DNA of 64,000 nucleotides from Mobula hypostoma (Eukaryota): positions 175,586,001 to 175,650,000 of the forward strand of contig NC_086097.1 in the NCBI RefSeq assembly GCF_963921235.1, in the 5' to 3' direction. The stretch's first letter is position 1. Each line of letters opens with the position of its first letter. This document shows, piece by piece, positions 37,197 through 49,284 of this stretch. The notes under the pieces were generated by a model. That model worked only from the letters and a program-made list of their open reading frames with translations, ran no database searches and was not told where the DNA came from. The position numbers were made by a program, and so were the translations under genes.

Positions 37197-40100
37197 GACT
37201 TCCGGTAGCGCTCATGGAGTGAAGTCGCGTTCTTGACTCGCTCCATTACCTCTGAGTTTTTTTTTCTCTATGGTCAGCTCCGGGTTTGTGGGTCGCGCCT
37301 ATCGTCAATCCTCCTTGTTGTGGGTTGACTTTAGGATTTATGGAGTCTATTATTAATTTTGTCTCCTGGAATACTAATGGTCTTAATCATCCTATTAAAA
37401 GGAAAAAAGTTTTTAAAGTGTTCCGGAGACTTAAAGCACAAATTTTATTTTAACAAGAGACCCATGCACGGAGGGGGGACAGACTACGTTTTTTCAAATT
37501 CTGGAAGGGACAACAATTTCACTCGAACTCCAATGCTAAGATTCGAGGCGTCTCTATTTTTATAGATTCCTCAGTTACTTTTACACAACAGGATATTATC
37601 TCTGATCCGAATGGTAGATTTTTATTGGTTAGTGGTTTACTATTTAATAAAAAAGTAGTTTTGGTTAATGTTTATGCTCCTAATATGGATTGTCCGGAAT
37701 TTTATAAATCATTGTTTGATCAGTTTCCGAATTTGAACGAGTTTTCATTGATTTGGGGCGGAGATCTTAATACCTGTTTGTCTCCAGCTTTGGACCGTTC
37801 GGCTCCTTTACGGACTTTACCTAATAAATCTTCAAATCTGATTAATTTTTTCCTTTCTGATTCTGGGTCGACGGACATTTGGCGTTTTCTGCATCCTCAG
37901 GAAAAAGATTTTTCCTTCTTTTCACATGTTCATCATTCCTATTCAAGAATTGATTATTTTTTCATTGATTCTCGTCTCATTCCTTCAGTGATTAAATGTG
38001 ATTATGATTCTATAACCATTTCGGATCATGCTCCACTTAAGCTTTCTATTAAAATTATGGCCAATATACCAAACAATAGACAATGGCTGTTTAATTCGCT
38101 GTTGCTTCAGGACTCGGACTTTGTTAATTTTATGAATGAACAGATTGAGCTTTTTTTTACAATTAACCATACAGAAGATATTTCGGTTAACACTCTTTGG
38201 GACACTTTTAAAGCCTATATTCGGGGTCAGATTATTTCGTATTCCGTTGCTTTGAGGAAGAAACAGAAGCAGGAGGAGATGGCAATTGTGGACAAGATTA
38301 AAGAAATTGATAAGAAATATGTTATGGCTCCTTCTGAGGAGTTATACAAACAAAGAACTGAACTTCAAATGGAACACAGTTTACTACTCTCGTCCTCGAT
38401 TGTAAACCAATTAAAGAAAACAAGAAGTGACTTTTATGTTCACAGTGATAAAATTGGCAAGCTGCTGGCTAATCAATTGAAATCTAATTATGTTAAATCT
38501 CAAATCAATCAGATTTATAACCAAAATGATCGATTGATATTGGATCATGTGGGGATTAATCAAACCTTTTGTGATTTTTATTCTTCTTTATATCAATCAG
38601 AGTCTCCTCGAGATTCTAAATATATGAATGATTTTTTAGATAAGTTAGACTTCCCTCAGATTTCATAGGATATGTCTTCTTTATTAGATACTTCCATTAC
38701 AATGGATGAGATTAAGAATGTTATTTTTTCTATGAATCTGGGGAAAGCTCCTGGCCCTGATGGGTTTACCGTTGAATTTTATAAATGTTTTGCTTCTTTA
38801 TTGATTCCTTGGCTCTGTAAGGTTTTTGAGGCTTCTTTGAAACTTGGTAAACTTCCGGAATCTTTTAATAGAGCATCAATTTCTTTAATACTAAAGAAGG
38901 ATAAAGACCCTGCTCAATGTGCATCTTATAGACCAATATCTTTATTAAATGTTGATTCTAAAGTTTTTTCTAAGTTATTAGCAAATAGACTAGAAAAAGT
39001 ACTTCCTTCTATTATTTCGGAAGACCAAACGGGTTTTATTAAAGGTCGTTACTCTTTTTATAATATTCGTACATTGTTAAATATCGTTTATACTCCCTCA
39101 CAAAATGTTCCTGAGTGTGTTATTTCTTTAGATGCCGAGAAAGCTTTTGATAGAGTAGAATGGCCTTATTTATTTAAGGTGCTTGAAATGTTTAATTTTA
39201 GCTTGAAATTTATATCCTGGATTAAACTGTTATATCACTCCCCTGTAGCCTCGGTTCGTACTAACTCTTTAAACTCACCTTTTTTTCCTCTCTTTCGTGG
39301 TACTCGACAAGGCTGTCCTCTTAGTCCCCTATTATTTGATATTGCATTAGAACCTCTTGCAATTGCTATTCGAGAATCTTCAAATATTACTGGGATAACT
39401 CGGGGATTAAAGTCCCATAAATTATCACTCTATGCTGATGATTTACTTTTATATATTTCTAATCCTGAGAGATCCATTCCTGCTGTTTTAGAGTTATTAG
39501 CACAATTTGGTCTTTTCTCAGGTTATAAATTAAATCTTAGTAAGAGTGAACTTTTTCCGATTAATAAACATCTTCCCTTATATTATAAATTTCCATTTAA
39601 ATTGATTAATAATTACTTTTCATATCTTGGGATTAAAATTACTTGTAAACACAAAGATTTATTTAAGACTAACTTTTTACCATTAATAGACCATATTACT
39701 CAACTTTCATCTAAATGGTTTCCCTTATATTTAACTTTGATTGGTCGTATTAATGCAGTTAAGATGTTTTTTTTGCCAAAATTTTTATATGTGTTTCAGG
39801 CATTACCAATTTTCGTTCCTAAATCTTTTTTTGATAAAGTTGACTCTAAAATTTCTTCATTTATTTGGCAGAATAAGAATCCGAGACTGGGTAAAATACA
39901 TTTACAGAAAGCTAAGAGAGATGGAGGTTTAGCATTACCTAACTTTAGATTTTATTATTGGGCTATTAATATTCGACATATGAAATTTTGGTTACTTGAC
40001 CAGGACATACTATCTATTCCTAAATGGGTAGCATTGGAATTACAATCTGTTCAGGGTTATACACTTGGTTCTATTTTAGGTTCCTCTCTTCCTTTTGATT

Positions 40101-41470
40101 CGAAACGTCTTAAGCAGGTCTCTAACCCGATAGTTAAATATGCTTTGCGCATTTGGTTTCAATTCAGAAAATTTTTTGATCTTAATCAATTCGGGTTAGC
40201 GATTCCTATTTTAGGTAACATATTTTTTCCTCTCTCTTTTACGGATCGCGCTTTTCAAACTTGGAAGACTAAGGGTATTTTACGGTTTTTGGATTTATTT
40301 TTAGATGGTTCCCTTATGTCTTTTGAACAATTATCTAATAAATATAACTTATCAAGAATACATTTTTTTAGATATTTACAAGTTAGAAATTTCCTAAGTA
40401 CTATACTTTCTTCCTTTCCAATGCTTCCTCCTATATATATTTTAGATTCGATAATTAACCTTAATCCATGTCAGAAAGGTGCATCGGCTATGATTTATAA
40501 TATTATTATGAAACTCAGGAAAGCTCCATTTGATAAGATTAGGGTAGATTGGGAACAGGAATTGGGGCTTACCATTTCTGTGGATGATTGGGGGCAGATT
40601 TTACAATTAGTTAATACTTCCTCTATTTGTGCTAAACATTCCCTAATTCAATTCAAAGTGGTTCATAGAGCACATATGTCCAAAGATAAGTTAGCGCGTT
40701 TTTACTCGCATATTAATCCTTTCTGTGATAGATGTTCGGGGCAGATAGCCTCTTTAACTCATATGTTTTGGTCTTGCCCTACTTTGGAAACTTTTTGGAG
40801 AGATATTTTTAATATTATTTCTAAGGTATTAAATATAGATATCTCTGCTCACCCTATTACTGCTATCTTTGGACTACCTAAAATTTCTAGTAATCTTTCC
40901 CCTTCAGCCTGTAGAATGATTGCATTTCTTACTTTAATGGCGAAAAGATGTATTTTACAACATTGGAAAGAGCTTAATGCTCCAACTACCTTTTTTTTGG
41001 TTTTCTCAGACGATTTTATGTTTGAATTTGGAGAAAATTAGAAGTAACCTTTATGATTCTTCATTTAAATTTGAACAGATTTGGGGACCTTTTATTCGAT
41101 ATTTTCATTTAATGTAATATTTACCCTTCTTGTTTTTTTTTCACTGTTTTTAATGGAGGTCGGGATTGAGGACGTGATTTTAAGTTTAACTCTGTTTGGT
41201 TTCAAATTAGCCCATTGCTTTGCCTTGCTTTTAGTTAGCTGCACGGTGGGTTTTTTTTGGGGGTTTTTTTTTCTTTTTTTTTCATTGATATATATAAAAT
41301 TTAGTATACTATTATGTTATCTTGGTTTCTTATGCTTAAATTACATTGTTTGTAGTATTTTCTTTTTGGTATTGTTATCTTTTGGAATTTTATTATACTT
41401 TAACATTGTATTAATGTTTATATGGCTTACCTTTTTTGTATACTTACTCAATAAAAAAAAAGAAAGAAAG
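37197..41470 (+). mobile_element. L1/Tx1-clade LINE with near-complete ORF2 (APE-RT-cysteine-rich), short 5' leader, no ORF1, A/AAAG tail, about 16-bp TSD
   Basis: ORF2 37340..41117 (MESIINFVSWNTNGLNHPIKR...GTRQGCPLSP...YADD...CDRC..HMFWSC) with in-frame stops at 37451 and 38666 and a frameshift near 40991; AATAAA at 41450; TSD AA(C/G)TCATCCTTTTT(T)CC at 37179-37195 and 41471-41486. Confidence 0.93.
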
Positions 41471-42608
41471 AAGTCATCCTTTTTCCTGGAAGTCCATAAT
41501 TATTGTTAATAATTCATTAATCAATGATAATTTCTGCTCAAAATTACCATGGCATGTGAAATAATTTTTTAGAAGCTTATTGCCAATTTGGGGACACACT
41601 GAAAAATGTTCACCCCACCAGTAGAAGGACCTCTGAGTTTTTCCAGCATTCTGAAGGTGAGAGCACAGGTGGAGGCCTGGAATGCACTGCCTGAGGTCGT
41701 GGTGGAGGCAAATATGCTAGGGGGATTTTAGAGGCCTTTTAGACAGGCACACGAATGTGCAGTAGATGGAAGGATATAACACTGTATAGGCAAAGAGATT
41801 AGTTGAATTGAGCATTTGTGCTAATTTAATTCAGGACAACACTGTGGGTTGAAGGATCTGTTCCTGTGCTGACTGTTCTGTGTTCTAAGGCATAATGAGG
41901 TACTTGCCTCCGATAGCCATGGCACAGAATATGAGAACATGGAGGTTATGGTGGCACAACAGTTAGGCCAGAGCTGTGTACACTTTTGATAGTCGCCCTC
42001 TAGGAAGGATGACATCTCACTGGAGAGGGTGCGGAGAACTTCAGGATGTTGTCTGGGGTTGAGGGGTTTAATTGAGAGACTGGGATAGGCTGGGTTTGTT
42101 TTTTTTTGAAGCAGAGGAGGCTGAGCAGAATCCTGTTGGTGGTATACACGATTGAGTGGCATAAGGCGGTAAATGAGCAGAAAGGTGGTGCGGCTAGTAG
42201 AGCTGCTGTCTCACATCTCCAGTAATGACTTGAATCCTGACCTGAGGTGCTAACTTTGCGGAGTTTTCATGTTCTCCTTATGACTGCATGGGTTTCCCCT
42301 GACTGCTCCACTCTATTCCCACAACACAAAGTCGTCGGGGCTGGGAAGTTAAATAGCCACTGAGGTAACACCCATTTCATAAAAAGTTTTTCTGCTAACC
42401 TTCCATGGTAAACACATGCCTTCATAGTGAGTGAGGTCAACCTACTCTGTTGGGTAAATTAGACCTTGTAGCTCCTCTAATACTGTTTTTAAAATGTGCA
42501 TTTTTCCATTGTGTGTCTTTATTCAGTTGGAATAAACTGCAGAGTAAAATGAGCACTGTGACTGTGTGGCTAGTCAAACAGTAAATAGCATTGATTATTA
42601 AATTACAG

Positions 42609-42677
42609 GTGCAAAGCTCAGCAATCGGGAGAGGGCAAAACTATGTTTTAGGGCAACAAGATGTCAGCATTCAGAAG
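42609..42677 (+). CDS. TRAPPC8: TRAPPC8 coding exon (window exon 10, 69 nt)
   Basis: ttacag|GTGCAAAG...TCAGAAG|gtgagc; AKLSNRERAKLCFRATRCQHSE; phase 1 to 1. Confidence 0.9.
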
Positions 42678-42775
42678 GTGAGCTCAAATTAGAGTGATTT
42701 TTCTCATGTCTTGATGTGACTGCATTTGTAATCACAAAATGAAGGGCAATCATGATAATGTTTTTGCTTCCATAG

Positions 42776-42834
42776 CTACCTCATGTACAGAAGGAAGGTA
42801 TATATTTGCAGATATCGTTTTGGGAAATGAGCAG
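42776..42834 (+). CDS. TRAPPC8: TRAPPC8 coding exon (window exon 11, 59 nt)
   Basis: ccatag|CTACCTCA...GAGCAG|gtgagt; TSCTEGRYIFADIVLGNEQ; phase 1 to 0. Confidence 0.9.
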
Positions 42835-44489
42835 GTGAGTAGGCTTTAGCTCTGTCTGTTCATGAGTGTTACTTTCAACGAATCATGGGATGTTAAGCAG
42901 CAATTAAACATTAATTGGACATTCTGATAGGTCTTGAAGTAGCTGCAGGTTTTGTTTATATTGAATGGCTAACATTTTAAGACAAAATAGGTTGATTTTT
43001 CAGGCCATGTCAGATGGACCATGATCATCTTTAATTTTCTATTCATGACTCAAGCAGCCACTTGGATCTCTTCTGATTGTAATTTCAACACAACATTCTC
43101 ACCTATCTCTTTAATTTGCCCATCCTCACTTACCAAGTGCAACAATCTACAAGAGGAGTTCCACTTATCTGTGGGAGGGAAATGATAATGTTTGATAGAA
43201 TCCCATTTTCTATGACTTACCAATCTTGAAACCCTGCAGGGTTTCAAACAGAGTCATCAACAATTTCTTCCTCCCCTTCCCAATGACGTTGCTCAACCTG
43301 CTGAGTTCCTCCAGCAGATTCAGATACCTGCAGGCTCTTTGTTCCATCTTGCTTATCAACTATTTATCTTCAACTCTGTTGAAAGTATTCAAAGACTTAC
43401 AGTGCTATTTGACAAGAGTTCAAAGATTCACAGCCCTCACTTTCACTTCATCTGTCTTAAATGAGTGACTGCTCATTTTTAAAATGATCCCTACTTAGAT
43501 TGCCCCTTATCTTCATATCCAACCTGTCAAAACCGCTTGTAATCTGTTGGTTAACTTATCTCCTCTTATAAACTCCTGTGGATACAAGCTTAATCAGTTC
43601 AAATATTCTTCATTTACAACCTGCCTTTTCTAGGTTCTAGTATATAAACCTTTTGTTGAACTGCTCCCAGTGGTTCTTCAGCAATAATGCTTGCACTTTC
43701 TCAAGAGACTAAGAGGCCTTCCACCATGAATTATGTGCTGTGGCCTCTGATTCAGAGCCTGTTGATCTGAGTTTGATCGTCCTCTCTTGAATTGATGCTC
43801 TTATTCACGAGGGTATATCAAAGCTCATGTCACTCAGCATTAGGGTGTAATGCAGTGAAATTGCATTCTTTTCCAAGCCTCTAGGGATATCACATCCGAG
43901 CAAGGAACAAATGGCTAAATGAGGAATGAAGGTATATTAATAAATTTTGATCGTCTGCACTTGCAAGGGTTGTATACCCATGCAGTCATAGAATTGTGTC
44001 GGATGAAACGAGGCTATTTGGCCTAACTTTGGACCAATGGACATCTTTCTCCCAGGAGGCAGGCCATATAGTCCTATATCTAGATGCTTGCTCAGACTTT
44101 TTTTGTGTCTGTCTCCCCCTATCATCCTGTTTCCCTGCTCCACTTCTCCCCCTTCCCAACCTGACTGCATCTGCCTGTCATCTTCCACCCCCTCCTCAGT
44201 GTTACGCTTCCTTGTTTACCTTTGCAAGCTTTTCTCTCCAATTTCAGTCCTGATAGTTTCAACCGAACCCCATCCCCACAGATATTGCTCAACCTGCTGA
44301 GTTCCACCAGGTTGTTTGTTGCTCCAGATTCCATCATCTGCAGTCTTTTCAGTCTCCTTGAATGCTGTCAGCAACCCAGCTTCAACTACTCTCTCAGGCA
44401 GTGTATTCCAGGTACTTGTCACTCTTTGTGTGAAAATAACTCTTCTTGTATCCAGTCTGAATCTTTTCTTCCTTATCCTAAATTTGTAT

Positions 44490-44753
44490 TCAAATCACAA
44501 ACAAGGGAAAAGCTGCAGATGCTGGAAACCTGATCAGCACACAAAATGCTGGAAGAACTCAGTAGGCCAAGCAGCAACTATGGGGGGGTGGAGTACAGTC
44601 AACATTTCGAGTTGAAACCCTTCAGCAGGACTGGGGGAGAAAGGCTGCTTTCTCCAGTCCTGCTGAAAGGTTTTGGCCCGAAACATCAACTGTATTTTTT
44701 TCCATTGATGCTGCCTGGCTTGCTGAGTTCCTCCATCATTTTGTGTGTGTTGC
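44490..44753. mobile_element. Second palindromic Penelope-derived hammerhead-module insertion with perfect 14-bp TSD
   Basis: Inverted arms meeting near 44630-44655; TCCTAAATTTGTAT at 44476-44489 and 44754-44767. Confidence 0.8.
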
Positions 44754-45015
44754 TCCTAAATTTGTATGTCTAGTTTTAGCTACCTCTGATATGGGGGAAA
44801 ATTCTGTGCAGAACCGTTCTGTCTAGTCCCATTGATGTGCACTTGGGCCATAGCCCTCCATACCCCTCCTATCCATGTACTTACCCAAATTTCTCGTGTG
44901 TCAAAATCAAACCTGCATCCATCATTTCTGCTGGCAACTCATTTCACACTCTACCGACCTCTGAGTGAAATTTCCCCTCGTGTTCCCTTTAAACATCTCA
45001 CCTTTTACCCTTAAT

Positions 45016-48000
45016 CCATAGAAACCATAGAAACTACAGCACAGAAACAGGCCTTTTGGCCCTTCTTGGCTGTGCCGAACCATTTTCTGCCTAGTCCCAC
45101 TGACCTGCACACGGACCATATCCCTCCATACACCTCCCATCCATGTATCTGTCCAATTTATTCTTAAATGTTAATAAAAAACCCGCATTTACCACCTCAT
45201 CTGGCAGCTCATTCCATACTCCCACCACTATCTGTGTGAAGAAGCCCCCCCACTAATGTTCCCTTTAAACTTTTCCCCCCTCACCCTTAACCCATGTCCT
45301 CTGGTTTTTTTCTTCCCATGCCTCAGTGGAAAAAGCCTGCTTGCATTCACTCTGTCTATACCCATCATAATTTTATATACCTCTGTCAAATCTCCCCTCA
45401 TTCTTCTACGCTCCAGGGAATAAAGTCCTAACCTATTCAACCTTTCTCTGTAACTGAGTTTTTCAAGTCCTGGCAACATCCTTGTAAACCTTCTCTGCAT
45501 TCTTTCAACCTTATTTATATCCTTCCTGTAATTTGGTGACCAAAACTGAACACAATACTCCAGATTCGGCCTCAGCAATGCCTTATACAACCTCATCATA
45601 ACATTCCAGCTCTTATACTCAATACTTCGATTAATAAAGGCCAATGTACCGAAAGCTCTCTTTACGACCCTATCTACTTGTGACACCACTTTTAGGGAAT
45701 TTTGTATCTGTATTCCCAGATCCCTCTGTTCCACTGCACTCCTCAGTGCCTTACCATTAACCCTGTATGTTCTACCTTGGTTTGTCCTTCCAACGTGCAG
45801 TACCTCACACTTGTCTGTATTAAACTCCATCTGCCATTTTTCAGCCCATTTTTCCAGCTGATCCAAGTCCCTCTGCAGGCTCTGAAAACCTTCCTCACTG
45901 TCTACTACACTTCCAATCTTTGTATCATCAGCAAATTTGCTGATCGAATTTACCACATTATCATCCAGATCATTGATATAGATGACAAATAACAATGGAC
46001 CCAGCACTGATCCCTGTGGCACACCGCTAGTCACAGGCCTCCACTCAGAGAAGCAATTCTCTACCACCACTCTTTGACTTCCTCCATTGAGCCAATGTCT
46101 AATCCAATTTACCACCTCTCCATGTATACCTAGCGACTGAATTTTCCTAACTAACCTCCCATGCGGGACCTTGTCAAAGGCCTTACTGAAATCCATGTAG
46201 ACAATATCCAGTGCCTTCCCTTCATCCACTTTCCTGGTAACCTCCTCGAAAAACCCCAGTAGATTGGTCAAACATGACCTACCACGCACAAAGCCATGTT
46301 GACTCTCCCTAATAAGTCCCTGTCTATCCAAATGCTTGTAGATTCTGTCTCTTAGTACTCCCTCCAATAACTTACCTACTACCGACGTTAAACTCACCGG
46401 CCTATAATTTCCCGGATTACTTTTCGATCCTTTTTTAAACAACGGAACAACATGAGCCACTCTCCAATCCTCCGGCACCTCACCCGTAGACAGCGACATT
46501 TTAAATATTTCTGCCAGGGCCCCCGCAATTTCAACACTAGTTTCCTTCAAGGTCAGAGGGACCACTCTGTCAGGTCCCGGGGAATTATCCACTTTAATTT
46601 TCCTCAAGACAGCAAGCACCTCCTCCTTTTCAATCTGTACAGTTTCCATGATCTCACTACTTGATTCCCTCAATTCCATAGATTTCATGCCAGTTTTCTT
46701 AGTAAATACAGACGCAAAAAACCTATTTAAGATCTCCCCCATTTCCTTTGGTTCCGCACGTAGCCGACCACTCTGAACTTCAGGAGGACCAATTTTGTCT
46801 CTTACAATCCTTTTGCTCTTAATATACCTGTAAAGGCTCTTTAGATTATCCTTCACTTTGACTGCCAAGGCAACCTCATGTCTTCTTTTAGCCCTCCTGA
46901 TTACTTTAAGTATTTTCTTGCACTTATACTCCTCAAGCACCTGATTTACTCCCTGTTTCCTATACATTTCATACAACTCCCTCTTCTTCTTTATCAGAGT
47001 TGCAATATCCCTTGAGAACCAAGGTTCCTTATTCCTTTTCAATTTGCCTTTAATCCTGACAGGAACATACAAACTCTGCACTCTCAATATTTCCCCTTTG
47101 AAGGCTTCCCACCTACCAATCACATCTTTGCCAGAGAACAACCTGTCCCAATCCACGCTTTTTAGATCCTTTCTCATTTCTTCAAATTTGGCCATCTTGG
47201 ACCAGATCTATCCTTGTCCATGATCAAATTGAAACTAATGGTGCTATGATCACTGGAACCAAAGTGCTCCCCTACACAGACTTCCGTCACTTGTCCTAAC
47301 TCATTTCCTAACAGGAGATCCAATATTGCATCCCCTCTAGTTGGTCCCTCTATATATTGATTTAGGAAACTTTCCTGAACACACTTTACAAACTCTAAAC
47401 CACCTAGACCCCTAACAATATGGGAGTCCCAATCAATGTATGGAAAATTAAAATCCCCTACCACCACAACTTTGTTTCCTGCAGTTGCTTGCTATCTCTC
47501 TGCAGATTTGCTCTTCCAAGTCTCGTTGACTATTGGGTGGTCTGTAATACAATCCCACTAATGTGGCCATACCTTTCTTGTTTCTCAGCTCCACCCATAA
47601 GGACTCAGTAGACAAGCCCTCTAATCTGTCCTGCCTGAGCACTGCTGTAATATTTTCCCTAACAAGCAATGCTACTCCCCCACCTTTCATTCCTCTGCCT
47701 CGATCACATCTGAAACATCGGAACCCTGGAATATTAAGCTGCCAGTCCTGCCCCTCCTGTAGCCAAGTTTCACTAATTGCTATAACGTCATAATTCCACG
47801 TGTCAATCCACGTCCTCAACTGATCCGCCTTCCCCGCAATACTCCTAGCATTGAAATATATACACCTCAGAAGATTTTTACCACCACTCACAACCTTTCT
47901 ATCAGCGGATTTGCTTGAACTTTTAACATCATTTATCTTCACTCCAGCCACACTGTCAGCTCTGGCACTCTGGTTCCCATCCCCCTGCAAATCTAGTTTA

Positions 48001-49284
48001 AAGCCTCCCCAATAGCACTAACAAACCTCCCTGAAAGGATATTGGCCCCCCTGTAGTTCAAGTGTAACCCGTCTCTCTTGTACAGGTCCCACCTGCCCCA
48101 GAAGAGGTCCCAATGATCCTGAAATCTGAAACCCTGCCCCCTACACCAGTTCCTCAGCCGCTTGTTCATCCTCCAGAGCATCCTATTCCTACCCTCACTG
48201 GCATGTAGCACAGGTAGCAATCCTGAGATTACCACCTTCGAGGTCCTGCTTTTCAACTTCCTACCAAGCTCTCTATACTCACTCTCCAGGACCTCCTCGC
48301 TCTTCCTTGCTATGTCATTGGTACCGATGTGCACCACGACATCTGGCTGATCACCCTCCCACTTCAGAATGTCATGCAATCGATCAGAGACATCCTTGAC
48401 CCTGGCACCCGGGAGGCAACAAACCATCCTGGATTCTCTGTCACGACCACAGAACCTCCTATCTGCACCTCTAATTATCGAATCCCCTATCACTACCGCT
48501 CTCCTCTTTTCCCCCCTCCCTTCTGCACTGCAGAGCCAGACCCAGTACCAGAGATCCAGCTACTGCAGCTAGTCCCAGGTAAGTCATCCCCCCCAACAGT
48601 ATCCAATGCGGTATACTTGTTGTTGAGGGGAATGGCCACAGGGGAACCCTGCTCTGCCTGCCCTTTCCTCTTCCCTCGCCTGACAGTGACCCAATTTCCT
48701 GTCCTCTGCTCCTTTGGTGTAACTACCTCCCTGTAGCTACGATCTATAATCTCATTCTCCCGAATGATCGGCAGGTCATCCAGCTCCTGCTCCAGTTCCC
48801 TTACGCCGTTTGTCAGGAGCTGCAGCTGGATGCACTTCTTGCAGGTGTCGTTGTCAGGGACACCAGAGGGCTCCCTGACTTCCCACATCCTGCAAGAGGA
48901 GCATTCCAACATCCTGCCTGGCATTCTCACTGCACTAAACAATCTGAACAAAAAACTTACCAGAACCTACCCTGGCCTCTGCCTGTTCTCGCCGAAGCCT
49001 GTTTGAGCCAAAGCCGTCCCACTCTGACTCAGTCCACTCTGACGATGGCCGCTGTATATGGAGGTCTGCTTTTAAACCTTGGCACGCTACGTCACACGCC
49101 TGCGCAGTGCAGACCCTTCTACCCGAGCAGTGTTTTAAAAAAAAAATGACTTTTTCTACCCGATTTCTTCCACTCTTCTTCTCAGCTGCTTGCTTCGACT
49201 GAAACAAGAACTGTTGAAATTTTCTCTTTTTAAACCTGGGCGCGCTACGTCACGCGCTTGTGCAGTGCAGACCCTTCTCCCCGA
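45016..49284 (-). mobile_element. Near-full-length CR1 LINE (subfamily B) with duplicated 5' monomer, inserted into an older CR1
   Basis: ORF1 CSSCRMWE...CKKCIQLQLL plus GDSIIR/HIGTND/DGLH esterase; ORF2 APE and 655-aa RT fragment (GVPQGSVLGP, FADD); tail (TTTCTATGG)n at 45016-45035. Confidence 0.95.

Noticed and set aside
38666..38671. In-frame TAG between the 347-aa and 789-aa L1 ORFs, as possible programmed readthrough
   Set aside because: The same frame has another nonsense codon (37451) and a frameshift (about 40991). Ordinary decay of a single ORF2 is simpler.
41081..41509. 142-aa very hydrophobic ORF resembling a membrane protein
   Set aside because: It is the T-rich L1 3'UTR; the Phe/Leu richness follows from base composition.
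48485..48520. Overlapping stop/start between the CR1 zinc-finger and esterase ORFs, as a programmed frameshift
   Set aside because: The shift falls in a homopolymer run, and CR1 ORF1 is normally one frame. It is most likely a post-insertion indel.
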